DNA of 64,000 bases from Eledone cirrhosa (taxonomy: Eukaryota). Shown piece after piece: positions 1 through 17,327 of this stretch. The notes beneath the pieces are model-generated. The model was not told the DNA's origin. It ran no database searches and worked only from the letters and a program-made list of their open reading frames with translations. Position 1 is the stretch's first letter; every line of letters begins with the position of its first letter. The DNA lies in NCBI GenBank assembly GCA_964016885.1, contig OZ024742.1:87172001-87236000 (forward strand), in the 5' to 3' direction. Made by a program: the position numbers and the translations under genes.

Positions 1-109
1 CCACTTGTATTTGCGACCGTATATTTTCGGTCATTACACAAGATTCACGACTATATGTAAGCGTTGACATGAATAGCGAACACAAGATAGCAAGTTTAAC
101 TTTTATGCC

Positions 110-365
110 TACTTCCTTTCTGTTTACTGAATCATGATGCTGGTGCATTACGGCACCAGCTCCTGCAATTATTCCATTTAATTCAGCCTCTTGACTTCCA
201 TCTCTCATGGACACGGCGCTGAGTTACTTGAACTCGTTTGCCTGTTTCAGTGAAACTTCAATGACATGTCCAGTGTACTGACCAGGCTTCCGTGAGAGGA
301 GGAGTATCTCAGTTTTCAGAACACTGATTTTCATTTCAGCCATGCAAGCACTTGGTTTGCATTCG
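110..365 (-). mobile_element. degraded RTE-clade LINE fragment (RT C-terminal region)
   Basis: Minus strand reads LKQANEFK*LSAVSMRDGSQEAEINGIIAGAG, resembling the RTE 'LKQVEEFKYLG...DGRQEREI..RI..AG' segment. It contains stops. Confidence 0.5.
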
Positions 366-1630
366 ACTATTGTAAATAATGATAACCTGGTACTCACAGA
401 AAAATTGATACTGAATAGCAGAGCATAAGGATGGCTGAGAATATTTCTACTGATTTACATTGGACAACACTACATATAGTCGTATAGGAATTAATATTTC
501 CGAAATGGAAATTTGAGAACTTTAGAAAATAAACATCACAAATGATTTGACTGATGTTATCATACTTTGCTGTGCAGCAACTGACAAGCATCACACTGTA
601 CATTGAGTAAATAATAGACGAACGCATAAACATAACTACACAGATATTTGAGTAGTTTCAAATGTGACACCAGAGGTGCAATCAAGAGAACATTGCTGCA
701 AGTATGTTTGTCAGAAACAATATATATTTCTGAAATGAATAATACAAAATAAACAGCTAGTAAACACGTGAATTATAAAGGGCTTTATGAATCCGGATCG
801 AGGAAACCCATGTTCAACACAATATATAGGTTATCAACGATTATATTGTGTCTGAAGTGTCATTTCATGTATACACATTCAGCTTATGATCTTTATGATA
901 TATTATTTACAGAAACTGCTCCTTAACATATAAGCAACATAGATATCACTTGTATGAATGTATTTCAAATAAGCAGAGAAAACATCGCAGCTAAGGCTGT
1001 TGCAACCAGATTCAATTGAGCACTTATCGACACAATTAGTTCTTAATCTTATATGGATACCTGTGCCTATATACACAGACACATACACAGATATGTTAGC
1101 CTATATATGTACTGTTACTTTTTCAAACGAGCTGACACCTTTCTAAATCGTTTTACCGTGTATCATAAAATTCTGAATTGTCTGGGCTGTTCAGAAATAT
1201 ATCGTCAGATGTAAAATGAAATTTTGCAAATGTTACGAAGTTATGTGTCTACTCATTAATAATGTTCATTACCTTTCTGTATATTCGCCAAGCAATTCTC
1301 TGAAAAAGCCGTATTTAAATTAATTCATATACAATATTATATCATCATTAGTATTCATAAAGTCGGTGGGATGAATACAACTTAATCTATCCCGCTTATA
1401 CCTAACATTAAGATAGGTGCGTTGTGTCTGAATCGAATACACATACACATACATATATAGGCTAACATATCTGTGTATGTGTCTGTGTATATAGACATAG
1501 GTATCCATATAAGATTAAGAAGTTCACCTTATGTCAAGATCATTCAAGGCTAAGTAAAGGTGTGTCAACTATTTTAAATCCCAGTTGACCAATACATTGT
1601 GAATGGAATGTGGTAGATGAATATATCCGT

Positions 1631-1711
<81 letters not shown>

Positions 1712-1712
<1 letters not shown>

Positions 1713-2765
1713 TATAAAAGAATGAATAATAACAGGTTGACATCATAAAAAAGGTAATTTATTATATGTGCATACAAATGTTTCCACGGTGGTTATACAG
1801 GCTAGTTATGCTATGTGCAAATTTATAACTATTTGCAAAACTCAATTATCAAATGTTGTGTCCACTGTATCATCAGAGCAGAATGGTTAAAATGTAAAAT
1901 GTAAATACCCTTAAGTGAGGTTATTGGGGAAGATAGAGAGAAAAGGAAAAGAGAAAAGAAGGCGAGAGGGAGAAAGATATATATATATATATATATTCAG
2001 GGGTTGGAGAAATGGGAGAGAGTGGTTTGTAGATATCTTAATCAAGATGTAGTGGTAGGGGTTTTATTATACTGGTTACTCTTAAAGCGACCACCTTAAG
2101 CGATGCGTTGATAGTCAAGGTTGGAATTATTTATTGCCACAGATGGCAGGTTCATAGATGTGGAGAGGGAGGGAGGTGGACCTAGGGCGAGGGGGAGAGA
2201 GGAGGGAATGCAGAGAGAGGGAGAGATAGAGAGGGGACAGACGAAAGCCATGGGATGGGTGTACATTGAGTTCATAATAGTAGGCTACAAATTGTACTAA
2301 GTTTCCATTCATAGTGATAAGCAGGGTATTGTCTTGTAGTGTGGGGGAAGAGAAAGTGGTTAGCTGGAAAGCAATGTTATAGTTACGGGTCGAATGTTAA
2401 GTTATTTTATAGTGAGTGAATTTAGCCTTTAGTTTGTGGTTGCAGTATAATGATCGTTCGATTCTATCATTTAGTAATTTATTTTTGAATTTTAAGATGT
2501 AAAAGAGTTCAAGGTTACATAACCTACAGTACTTCAATCCACTCCGATATGCACTAGCGCTGGAAAGTATATCCCATGTCAAGGTGAACTGTTGGTTGCG
2601 TTCACGGAGTTGCCAGGTCTTGTTGGCGAGCGTTGTCACAAAACGGAGATTAGGATGTTTAATTGAGAATCGATGACAATACCAGCGAGATTTAAAGGAG
2701 GTAGTGGTAGACCCGATGTAATACCATTTCTGGTCGTTCCATTCAACAGTGCATTGGTAAACAAT
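1712..2765 (-). mobile_element. 5'-truncated Penelope-like element: GIY-YIG endonuclease, 3'UTR and hammerhead, bounded by (TA)n
   Basis: The non-repetitive end of ORF 2397-3044 reads [38 protein letters not shown]...CRLCNLE...CNH (GIY-YIG with CCHH). It is homologous to the C-terminus of ORF 20680-22044. Both ends abut (TA)n. Confidence 0.85.
1769..1880 (-). ncRNA. type I hammerhead ribozyme fold with 85-nt stem II (partly decayed)
   Basis: Minus strand: TGCT-CTGATGA-TACAGTGG...TGCAAAT-agttataa-ATTTGCA...CCACCGTG-GAAA-CATTTG-TA^TGCA. It aligns with the ribozyme at 19605-19721. Confidence 0.6.
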
Positions 2766-2778
2766 GTATATACCCACC

Positions 2779-2834
<56 letters not shown>

Positions 2835-2838
2835 TATG

Positions 2839-2871
<33 letters not shown>

Positions 2872-3972
2872 ATGTGTGTGTGTGTGAGTGTGTGTATATG
2901 TGCGTGTAAAAATATATGTATGTATATGCATATATATATATATATATATATATATGAATAAAGTGGTCTTTCATCAGTGATCTTCCAACCATCATCGGTA
3001 TTTCTTCGCTTTAAAGACCATATAACTCCGGTAGGTGCGAGCAACGGCTAAAGAAAGTCGGACGGACATGTAAATAAAGGGAACAGCGAGAGTGTAAACA
3101 AACAAAGATGGTGAAGCAACGAAAAGTGAGGAGGAACGAGTCAAGTCCAAAAATGTCCATGAAATTTCGGTGAAATCCTGAAGAAGAGAGAATAAAGACC
3201 ATCAAACCTGGTTGAAATGTGAGCAAGGAAGGAATTTCGCACAGGTCTAACGGGAGGAAGAAGGGTTCTAGTCTGTGAATTCGGTAAACATAAGTTATGT
3301 GAAATCGTAAACGAGAGGGAGAAACAATGCCGACCGGCCTGGTCAAGCGTGCGAAAGAAAAGAATTACGCACAGGTGAAACGGGAAGAGGGAGGAGGAGG
3401 AGAGGTAGTAACAGAGAGTGAGTGCGTGAAGGGTGAGGAAGAGGCTAAAAGAGAGTGTGACTGTTAGAGAGGGTAAAGATACAGAGAAAGAGGAAGCAGT
3501 AAGAACGAAATAGACGGGTCACAGCGGGAGAGAGAAATAGTGAGAGGAAGAGAGAGTGATAACTTCGTCTTACACTTCGATTTCTTGTCGCAATTCTACA
3601 TATATATATATTAAGTAACTAACAATTTCGAGTGCTAACTATATTCATATATGTAGGTCAACTTCAGATTAATATTCTGAGTGAATGGGTCATACAAGCC
3701 CATCAAGTAATTCTTTCCTTTTGGAAGTTGAGGTGATATGCACATCTTCTTAAAAGAGAAAAGGAAAGGTCCGAAAATCGAATAAATGTATTTAGTACCC
3801 TTTAAAATTAAAGGGAAATTCATGTTTTAAGCAAAGATACATGTCTATATATTGAAAAGTATATATTTATATACACAACAGTTAGTTTTCAGTCACCCAT
3901 ATACAACTTTATCCTCTCCCTCGGCAGCTACGACCAATTTATACACCCACAACACCCCCACGCCAACGCACA

Positions 3973-4034
<62 letters not shown>

Positions 4035-4035
<1 letters not shown>

Positions 4036-4193
4036 CGTACTCAATACTTAGGGTAGTAGAGTGGGTAATAGGAACGAGTAGGACCCCGACGGCTGAGCTC
4101 AAGCCGTTTCGACGGCTAATTCTGGACTAAAAAAAAAAGTCCAGAATTAGCCGTCGAAACGGCTTGAGCTCAGCCGTCGGGGTCCTACTCGTT

Positions 4194-4198
<5 letters not shown>
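4035..4198. mobile_element. short fold-back mini-element (about 61-bp perfect inverted arms, poly-A spacer) in (TA)n
   Basis: 4067-4128 is the reverse complement of 4138-4198. The same family occurs at 8531, 23915, 47255 and 55387. Confidence 0.85.
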
Positions 4199-4199
<1 letters not shown>

Positions 4200-4230
<31 letters not shown>

Positions 4231-5100
4231 GTGTGTATCTATCTATATACGTTTTAAATGTTTCGGTCTGACTTGGAACAGGCCATATCTCATTTAATAG
4301 CACTCCCATGTTTCAGATTATGATTCATACCTTAGTTATATTTTGGACACTATGGATAACGGCTAACAGATCCTTTTGAAACCAAACACTTTTTCCTTCT
4401 CTGTTGATGACTTTCTGAATATAGATTTATCTGCGAAGTTTATTATGTTGCTGACTGTGATGTTGTCAATAATGTCATTGTTATAAATAATGAAGCGTAA
4501 CGTACCCAAAACATTCCTTTGCGGTACTCCGCCACTGAACTTGGACGACATTATCGTATTCTGTCAACCACACCATGCTGGGCACTCTTTATCAGAAAAC
4601 AATTAATCCATTGTTATTGCTTTCTATAAACACCACTATTGAAACCTTACTTCAAGAGCGTGATGTGATCACCGCTTTCAAATGCCTTGCTGAACACAAG
4701 ATATATGACGCCAGTTTGTAATCCCTTACCCCAAACCATTACGATGTAATTAAGGCGATGCAGAAGCTTCGTTAGCCAGTCTTCTCGGTCAAGGAATCTA
4801 TGTTTGTTGGTGGTCAACAGATTGTTGCTTTCGAGGAAGTGAACAATTACTGATCTCTGCAGGCCCTCATATGATTTAATGGTATATGATTTAGTGAGAA
4901 TAGACGGCAATTCACTGCAATGGGCTTTCTTCCATTTCTGAAAATCGAGACACCAAACTGAACCACATATTTTTCAGCGATATAGGCGTCCCTTGACTTC
5001 CTCCACAGATTAGCGGGAAGAGATGCAAGTTGATGTTAACTCAACTTCAGGAACCTAGCAGGGTCTAGTAAGGGCCTACTGTTGCGGTGTATGTAATGTT
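4200..5100 (-). mobile_element. degraded CR1/L2/Jockey-type LINE RT fragment
   Basis: ORF pieces HFLESNNLLTTNKHRF...GVIYLVFSKAFESGDH (DFSKAFD motif) and SGGVPQRNVLGTLRFIIYNND...INFADK (GVPQGSVLGP and FADD motifs). Confidence 0.75.
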
Positions 5101-6403
5101 GTTTATTGACAAAAAATATCGGGAGTGCCAAACTATATATCTGATACAGTGGGTTGAAGGTTAACGTCATGTATATAGCCCAGATGAACTATATCAGTAT
5201 TGTTGGAATCAGATAATTATATTTCTGCAGTATCTCACCCATGTTTTAGCATGACCATGTAAAATGTTATTTTCACCACTCCGACGGCAAACAGTTGCAA
5301 CAGCGAACTTTTTTTTTGCCAATGAAGATAACACTTTTAGTTTCATTGTTCTAATGACACATTCCGCTTCGGGGCGATTTCGGTTAGTAATGATGGTCAT
5401 CATGAACTTTTTAAAAATTATAACTTTTCAATTCAAGCAGTGTAATAAGACTCGAATTGCTGAGTTGTTGCAAGGAGTATTTATTTTGTTGATTCGTTTC
5501 CTTTTTCCAATGACAGTGGCTTCTACAATTAGGGATTCTGCACTTAGGTTTGTTCACAGATCTTGATGTGTATGATTCGCAAATATATTTTAAACAACAT
5601 ATACATAGATCTTCCAAGATGTTTTGATATTTGTGGAGCTGTCTGAGTGTGAGTGTGAAAAAGCAATAACTTGTGAATGATAATTATACATGTATATTTT
5701 CGAATGGGTGGGCCGGAGAGAGATCACTGGAATTACATTTCGGCCTTTGAAATCTAAGGTTACAGACAACTATGGCATAATCTGAGAGGGCAATACGTTT
5801 CCAATTTGTGTGCTTAATACACTGTTGTTTGCGATATCTTCTATGTTGGCGCACAAGTTGAAACAAGAAGTGTTCATCGAGTAATTAAAGAATTGATTCT
5901 ACTGCTACTGCGTTATGTGTGTGTGGTGGCAATACACACGCACACCGACACATACACACACATTCACACACATGCATATACATATATATTTAGTATGCAT
6001 GCACGTAAGTGTATATGTGTGTGTGTGTTTAATATGCGTATGTACCTAGAGAGAGAGAGAAAGGCGGAAAACGATTTATGTATACATATATGAGTAAACG
6101 TGAGTGTGCGCGTGCGTGTATTAATATTATTCTATATATACATGTCTATGTATATAGACATGTTTAAGATGAAGTCTCCGATTATTTCCTGTATCTTTAT
6201 GCATCGACAAAAATGATATCGATACAATAAGTATCAGACTTGAAAAATGGTTTCTGGTGTGAATGTGATCGAATAAATCTAAGCAGAAAAGAATCGTGAC
6301 CACCATCTAATGACTGAAACATGTAAGAATGATAAACAAATGTTATATATATGTATGTATTCACACATACATTCACACCCAAACAAATATGATACTTTAT
6401 ATA

Positions 6404-6454
<51 letters not shown>

Positions 6455-7439
6455 TATCATAATTATTCGCTTATATAAATAAATGTAACAAGACCCCATA
6501 ATAGAAAACAAAACAGTATAAAATATAAATAAAAAATAGAGACAACTATTTGAAAACAGTAGATGTATTGAAAACAGATATCAATCAATGGCCGTATATG
6601 TTACAAAGTTATCAAATAATATATTGTTTACTTGAGAACGTCTCATTTCATTGATATCAATCGTACTATTTTGGAAAGCAAATATTTTCCCTGCTGTGGT
6701 TAGTTTAGATAATAATAGAAATAACAATATGTCGCGATTTTTGTTTTTATTAATCTGTAGAATAATGTACTATAACAAATGTTTCAAGACAATTTGTTCG
6801 CACGCATTTTCCTAAGCGCATGTTTTATTGTATACATTGCAATTTAAGATACTGTCATATAAATTGGAGAAAGTGTATCGCATGTGATTAACAGAAAAGT
6901 TAGTTGAAATGATGCATCCATTACTTTATTTATTATGAACTATCTCAATATGAATATATATATATATCAGTAGGTATGATATATATAGAGCTAGCATATT
7001 TACATGTTTGTGCAATTTGCGAAGTCATTCTACCTGTTGTTATTTGTAGTTGGAACTTTAAAAAGTTAGGTGTGTTTAGGAAAAAAAAACGAAAAAAAAA
7101 ACACATTAAATGTTAGCTTCCTTCGGCAACATGATCGTCTGTAATAATAATTGCCTAACATAGTTTTGAGAGCTTGCACACTCTTTTACGAAGTGAATGT
7201 CCGTTATGAATCCATATCAGCAGTATACACATGTATGGGCTTTTAAGAGTTATTCTAATTTGAACAGCTCTGATGATAAATCAATACAAACAATATATAA
7301 TATATTAAATCATATACATATGCGAGTTACTCCTTTTGAATACGGAAATTATTACATAATATCCCGCAGTTGATCTCAGAAAATCTCTTATGAACTCACT
7401 TCTGGTAACTTTAAATCCTTGTAGAGGACTAGAATACCA

Positions 7440-8130
7440 TGGGAGCATCATCAGTTAAACATTTAGCAAATAATAGAGCAGATCTTAAAATATTAACCTA
7501 TCTTCCTGATGGCAGGTGTGTAGGAAGACATCGTATTACGACGTCGCCAGATGGTCTGGGAGGACACTAATTGATGATCATAAGTTGGATTCCATCTTAA
7601 CCCCCAAATCGTCCCTCCTTTTACGTGTGTTACCGTTACTGTCTCTGCTGCGACTTTTCGCGTTTGATTTTACCAAAAGTACAAAATTGAGGACTTGTTT
7701 TCAAGCCAATGATTGAAGGCATCTTTCGTTGTTTGAATGGCATGTTTAAACTCTTCATTGAACCAAGGGATACCCCTGCCATCCGCCACCACACCAACAA
7801 ACTTTAACTCGCAACATTTAATAGCTGAAGCCAAAGCTAATGAGCTAAACAGGAACCACTACCTTAAAACGTCCTCAGTTTTCGCAGGATGTTCTCTGAA
7901 TTCGGGTGTAATAGTATCTGCATATCTAGTTTTTACGCATATACTAATGCTTCACACCACATCTCGTATATCCACCTATAACTTTCAGTTTTGGAGGCTT
8001 CTTTGCATTTAGGAAGTTGCGGATATCTGGAAGTGATTAGTTGACAGTTCAGCACTTGCCTTATCACGACATCCAGCACAGATTCAAAGACGTCCCAGAC
8101 AATAACAAAATCAATTATTGATCCCTCTTA
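7440..8130 (-). mobile_element. degraded RTE-like LINE fragment (endonuclease C-terminus and linker)
   Basis: Minus strand gives LIDFVIVWDVFESVLDV and SAELSTNHF, matching the RTE 'IDF...VLDVRVKRGAELSTDH' motif. Confidence 0.5.
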
Positions 8131-8491
8131 TTGATTCCCCTTAATCCATGTATAGTTACAGATGTCTCTGTGATGCAAGAAGTTGTTCATAATAGAGAAT
8201 ACATTGCTAGAACAAAACAATAATAAAGCCTCTCGATTTGAATTCAGATCTGGATTGCCGTTCGTTAAAATCACTAATTTCTATGTCAGGTAGTCAGTGC
8301 CATCATATACATTGAGGTCTCAGATTAGGATATATGATTGCCTTAATTGCATCTAATGCTGCAGTGATTTCACAAAGGAATGTTTAGTAGCTGGCCTCCT
8401 TCTTTGGGGTATACATTTGTACAACAAACACGTATCTTTCAGAAAACATTATAAAAGTCGGAGAGAGGGGCTCTTTTATACATAACACTCT

Positions 8492-8530
<39 letters not shown>

Positions 8531-8532
<2 letters not shown>

Positions 8533-8665
8533 CGGAAGAACTGTGGTAAGGAACCAGGTGGACCATAACGCACCAAAGAACTCAATACTTAGGGTAGTAG
8601 AGTGGGTAATAGGAACGAGTAGGACCTCGACGGCTGAGCTCAAGTCGTTTCGACGGCTAATTCTG
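8531..8665 (-). mobile_element. single-arm copy of the ~140-bp half-hammerhead mini-element
   Basis: Near-identical to 55387-55525 and flanked by TA repeats. Confidence 0.85.
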
Positions 8666-8780
8666 CAATATATATAATGAATAAAAGAGCCGCTCTCATC
8701 ATAATATTGTAGCTTAGGTTGACATCTTGCTGATTAAATATAAATCGGATGATGTACGTTTGTTTTAAAACAAGTGTCGC

Positions 8781-8833
<53 letters not shown>

Positions 8834-8939
8834 TATATATATATATTTGAAAAAAAGGAAAAGAATGACTTCACTTGTGGTGTCAAATAATTTGGTTTGA
8901 TTTTATAATATTATAATATTATGAGTTGGTAGATCTAGT

Positions 8940-9432
8940 AAGTTTTTGTTAACTTCGGTGGGAAGAATTTTAAAGATTCTTTGTTAACCAACGATCTCAC
9001 ATATTTTCCAATATATATATATATTCTTTTTTACCCAATTCGCCTCTACTGTTTTCTCCCCCTCTTAGCCAACCCTCCACCCGTGTTTTTTTCACTTCTT
9101 CTGTCGATCACTCCACATTTGTTTCTTCACCGTAAAGTTTGTCTTCTCAGATCAATACTACACACTCTCCCTACACTCACTCCTCCATATCTCACTCTAC
9201 ACAATGGCCGACTGAATACGCACGTGTGTTTTATTTCTCTCCATCTGTTTTTCTCCTTTTCCCGTTCCTCTCTATCACCACTCGTTTCTTTCTATTTATC
9301 TTTTAATTCTAACTCTTACATTTGAGGAATAAACAGTGTCCGAAACGTTTAAACTCTTGTCTTGCTCTGTCAAGCGTTAATATATTTCGACAATCTACTT
9401 TGCCGTTTCTGTTGTTATTTCTGTTTACTTAT
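8940..9432 (+). mobile_element. probable PLE 3' pseudo-LTR remnant with decayed minimal hammerhead
   Basis: Shares TGAATACGCACGTG plus a pyrimidine tract, and TGAnGAATA..CAGTG..CGAAACGTT, with 56650-57000 on the minus strand. Confidence 0.4.
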
Positions 9433-9584
9433 TACACACACACACACACACACACACACCCACACACACACACACCTACCCATACACACATACGCACACA
9501 CACACGCACACACACACACACGCACACACACACATACACGCACACCCACACATACACGCATACACACACACACACACACACACC

Positions 9585-9661
<77 letters not shown>

Positions 9662-12600
9662 TACCTCTGATATTTTGTCTTTATCCTATCATATATGTTT
9701 GCATGATTTCTGTAGTTTAGTGCATGTGTTATTCTAATATAGCATCCTTTAATATACATTATCCTTTCATATTTTCTCCTAAACATACATCTTTCCTAAA
9801 TTATATTAATGTTATGGTAGACTAACGTCAATATGCACATTAAAATATATAATAGAAAGAAGAAGAATTGACTGCGAAATGTATTCAATACTTTACTATT
9901 TATAATCAAGATAATTACTTTCGTAGACGCAAATATAAAGATTCGTTGATATGTCGACGTGGAATATCTGAATGTAAAAATTCTATGATAGTTATAATCC
10001 AATAAATATTCCTCGAGACAGCGACTCTGCGGCGCTCCTTATTTCACATCTTATGTCTCGCGGAAAATATGTGTCCGCATACATTTCGTACAAGTATTCA
10101 GTGTAACATGATAGATTTGTTGAGATTTTAATCCTGGGCAGTTTCTGCCCTTCAGTTCAACATTATAATTTCGAATAATCAATATTTCTCTACAGATTAT
10201 ATGATTACATATTTTATAGTAACGTTAATGTTGCCATCTAGCAAATATTTGATTTGGTTAAAATGAACATCCAATCCGATTATTATTGGCTCAGGCAAAG
10301 GATGAAGGTCAAATATATGGATCAGAGAAGGGTATATAATGATAAATAATACCTGACCATGCAAATAGTGACAACGCTATATTTTGCGTTACTAACTGCC
10401 ACTCAAACTACTTTGGCCACACTTAATTCTTGGGCAACAACCCTTACCAAATGTCCCATGGGATCCGATTTATGTCTAAGTTAAGTATTTTAAGAAAGGA
10501 ACATTTTGACCACACAGTTTTAGATATATATATTTACATCATCAAACATTACATGATATATTTGCATATGAATGACAAATATTTCAAACATAACCCATTT
10601 CTATCTCTATTATCCGAAAAATTACCGAAAACATATATCACAGAGGATATCACAATTTAAAGTTGTCTGGCCGGTGGTCGTTGAATTTCTAGGGTCACAG
10701 ACGAGGTGCATATATCCTTCATTAGCCAGCTTAGGAATGAAGCAATTCCGAACCACCTTATGTATATAATAGGCCAAGTCGATCCCCCACTCCGCAATGA
10801 ACGCTCCAGAAATCTTAATACCCACCTCCTAACCACTGATCACATGAAATGTAGTTATAGACAAACATAAATAATAATTCAAACGTAAATAAAACATGTA
10901 ATAATACCATTTTAGGTGTATGTGATTAATTTCCTCTTAGAATAACTTGATATTAATAATATAGTAAGACGGTCTTAGGAGATTAAATACTGAATTCAGA
11001 TACAAGTCATCAGTACTCCGTAGCATATGTTTTTTTTTTTTATTATTATATATGTGACACAGATTATTATACCATCAAATAATAATAAAATGCCTGATTA
11101 TCAGCTGTAAATTCTCTGTTAGGTTTCAGTATGAAATATATTATTGCTTCTGTTATATGATGTAAATAATATAATTCTATATACTACATAGTTACCTTTA
11201 CATGCACATGCCTGATAGAGTAAATGGGTATCTTATGCTCAAATGTTTTAAAAAGTTATCATTGAAAGAAAAATTGTGAGTTACATAGTTCACTAACAAG
11301 CAATGTTATATAGTTCTGTTTCCATATTGGCTACGTTAAATAATGTCATTATTGAATTGCTTATCATGAATTGTGTTATTAATAAGCTACACAATACACG
11401 ACGAACTAATTCGTGTTCAACCATATTTCCTAGACATTTCTGAACGAGGTTTTGATAGGAAAACGTAAATCATTGTATTGTCTTCCATTGCACATGTCTA
11501 TAGTATTCTATTGTTAAAAGCAATAACCACAGGGGACAATTTATATAACGATACCGTAAGCATGAAACAAGCAGATGAATATAATATTTAGAAAATATCT
11601 GGCAACATGATGATTAACTTTATAATTTAAAAAGCATCACTTTTCCATATGACGTATATCCGTTTTCGGTGCACATAACATACATACATCAAATAGATTA
11701 GCACAGATATCGGAAAGTTGTATTCCTCCAGCATTCTTTTCTCATCACTGTTTAACCAAAGAAGTATGGTGGGATTAAACAACATTGTTTCTTTGAGAAT
11801 GTCGCCACAGGTTTATCTGCTCTGTTCTGAAATGCAGCTGTTACACATTAGAATATTGATTTACCTAAAGCAATGCCGACTTTAGACGCTGTACAATGAA
11901 TAATATATATCTCTGCAGTGTATAGAATGTGAATGCTGTCGCCAGAGATCCTAAGTTTAAATTCTAGATGACAACACATATAATACCTAATCATATTGAA
12001 ACATTTGTAATGAATGCAAGTCGTAGGCTAGAATATTTAAATCTAAAAGACCGGATGTACTGAACATGTAATTGCACAGAAGTTGCTTGCGTTAAACTAT
12101 TAGAGGAATTGCTCCCAAAAGAAACAAACAACCATAGTCTTAAAAGTAAATGATCATGCTGGAGCCTTTTATTCTGTAAATATTTTGAATGGTATTTTCT
12201 ATTTCGAAAAACCATGGGTAAAGTATATTACTACACATATGTGCATGAAGTTCCAGTAGATGATAAGTATATGTTGAATCATTATAGTTAAATTATGATG
12301 ATGCATTGGCAGAGTCGTTAGCAGTATGGATACAATAGATTGTGTTATCTGTTTCGCTATCTCCATTATGACTTCAAATACTACCGGGCTCTACTTTGAA
12401 TGTAATACATTCGATAATCTGTTTTATGCTTTCTCTGGAAGGAATTTAAAATGTTCAGCCCTAAAAGGAATGTGTTTCGCCAGGTTCAAATGTCAAATAG
12501 ACGCCCTTTTTTACGATCATATTCCTACAATTGCATCTAGAATTAAGTGACCATGTTATTCCAAGCCATTCCAAAATCATAGTATGTGTTTGTAATATGA

Positions 12601-13909
12601 ACATCCATGAAACATATCGTTATACGGGGCTAAACCTAACATGAATAAATCTGAAGCATATAACAGCATTAACATCAGGAAAACATGTCTTAGTAGATAA
12701 GCCTAGAGCAATGGTATATATCTGCAGACATTGCAGTGACCGGTAAGATTAATATCCTTAATTCTCCAAACGAGGTGCAGTCAAAGTGACAACTACAAGA
12801 AAGTACATGCTTGGACAGAAATCAAAGGTCAATACATGTGTTTGAGCGGAAGCTGCGAATTATAATTCATGTAATACTGTTTTCTATAGACACTACGGGT
12901 GTTATGGCAGAACAGATATCCCCCTTTCAAGAGCCTAAGTAATTAAGGTAAATGAACAAATAGCTTCAACAAACAATCATAATTGAAATAGTGTTCCTGT
13001 AATGAGACCACACATATAATAGAATGAACAGAGTCATAACAGAAAACATGAACAGAATAGCAATAGTCTCACCACACATGCTAATGATTGTGAGGTAATC
13101 ATACGAAATATGGTGACGGTTGACATCGAAAGCATCTAGAGAGGTATTCAAACGACTGAGTGTATCAGGTATATACATGATGATGATGTCTACTTTGCAT
13201 CGCTCATATTCTAAAATGATTTCGTACACTGCTTTCACATACTTTCCTCTGCCTTATAAATGTTAGGCTTTTGAAATTCTTACAATCTTCCAAAATCAGT
13301 TAGATGCATCATTGAAGATTTAAACTTCGAAATATTTGGTTAAAGGTCGCTAACTAGATTATGGCAGCGTCTACACATATGTAGTGTTCAGTTACTCACA
13401 GCCCTCATTGAAATTTAATAGATGGAATTTCGTAAGTGCGAACTTAGTCAAAACTTATTGAATTGGAGGAGACATTTGGCAATTTAGATATCAGTATGGA
13501 ATTCACTGAACATTTTATAATTTATGAATACTTATATATTTTCATTTTTCCGTTCTCTTAATTTTACACGCAAAAATGTGCAACAAACACACAGACACAT
13601 AAACATAAAACACACATACACAAATATATATATATATATAGCTACATATATATATATCACAGAAAAAAAGAGAATCATTGTTGCGAGGAATGTGATTTAT
13701 TGGATATACTACAATCGTTTCTCTGGCGACCAGTTCGAAGCACGATCGATGTGATGCTCGAACCCGACTCTGACAATCTGTAATATGTCCAATAAATTCC
13801 ATTCCTCGCGACAGTGATTCTCTCTTTTCTGTGATATCATACTCTGCTCTATGAGGCATCGGGTGCTAATACGTCCTACCGCACACGGACGCTTTAAGCA
13901 TCCAACACC

Positions 13910-16232
<2,323 letters not shown>

Positions 16233-16247
16233 CTATATATATATATA

Positions 16248-16304
<57 letters not shown>

Positions 16305-17028
16305 ATAAGAATATTTATATTTATATTTATATATATTTATATTTATATATATTTGATACAACTATAAATATGGAAGGTAGTACGAAGTACTTGCCGGTTA
16401 CTAGCCTAATAACGGTTAATACAATCCCTAGAAAGGATAATTTGTATATAAGATGACATACCTACAATAACAACATGACCAGTAATTCGGTGGATTTTAC
16501 ATTTAACAAACACACACTGATTGACTATAAACGATTCATGGTTAATAGCTGTGAGTTACAAACAACATATACACATGCATACGAACTACAACACAAAAAC
16601 ACTTGAATGAAAATCAGATACTCAACTCTACCACTTGCTTTACATTACTCCTTACATAACAAATACTACATTATCACCACTTGCCTCTCTAACAGATTGC
16701 ACACAATCTTAAACATTTCTATTAATTATAACATGCTTTAACACCCCACAAAAAATATGTTTATTAAACTGCATTATAAATATGTCATCATACATGCCTA
16801 ATTGACTGTATTGACTCCTGCATTGTACACCGATTTTCCTTTTTATAACTTGTTTGCCTGTATTTTTTGCGAGGTTTCTTCTTTTTCGCTTATACCTCTT
16901 ACACTCTCAACCAGTGCTGTCTGCAATTGTGTTCTTTCAAGCAGAACATCTTTTTAACTCCTCACTCTCCACATATTGCCTACAATGATGTACCCTAAAT
17001 GTTCTAAACTAAAATGTGATCGTCTTCA

Positions 17029-17159
<131 letters not shown>

Positions 17160-17171
17160 GTGTGTGCGTCA

Positions 17172-17234
<63 letters not shown>

Positions 17235-17327
17235 TATGCATTTATCTTCACTTCTTTCTTAAAATATGCAATTTGCCCAACATGTATAAAGATAGAATAA
17301 TTATATTAATATTTGTTTCATTTTCAG

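Noticed and set aside
2955-3005. CTGATGA and CCGATGA on the minus strand next to (TA)n
   Set aside because: I could not build a convincing stem II plus GAAA plus stem III. It may be a truncated or decayed motif.
10700-10840. tRNA gene on the minus strand (A- and B-box-like words)
   Set aside because: No cloverleaf forms. At most this is a decayed SINE head.
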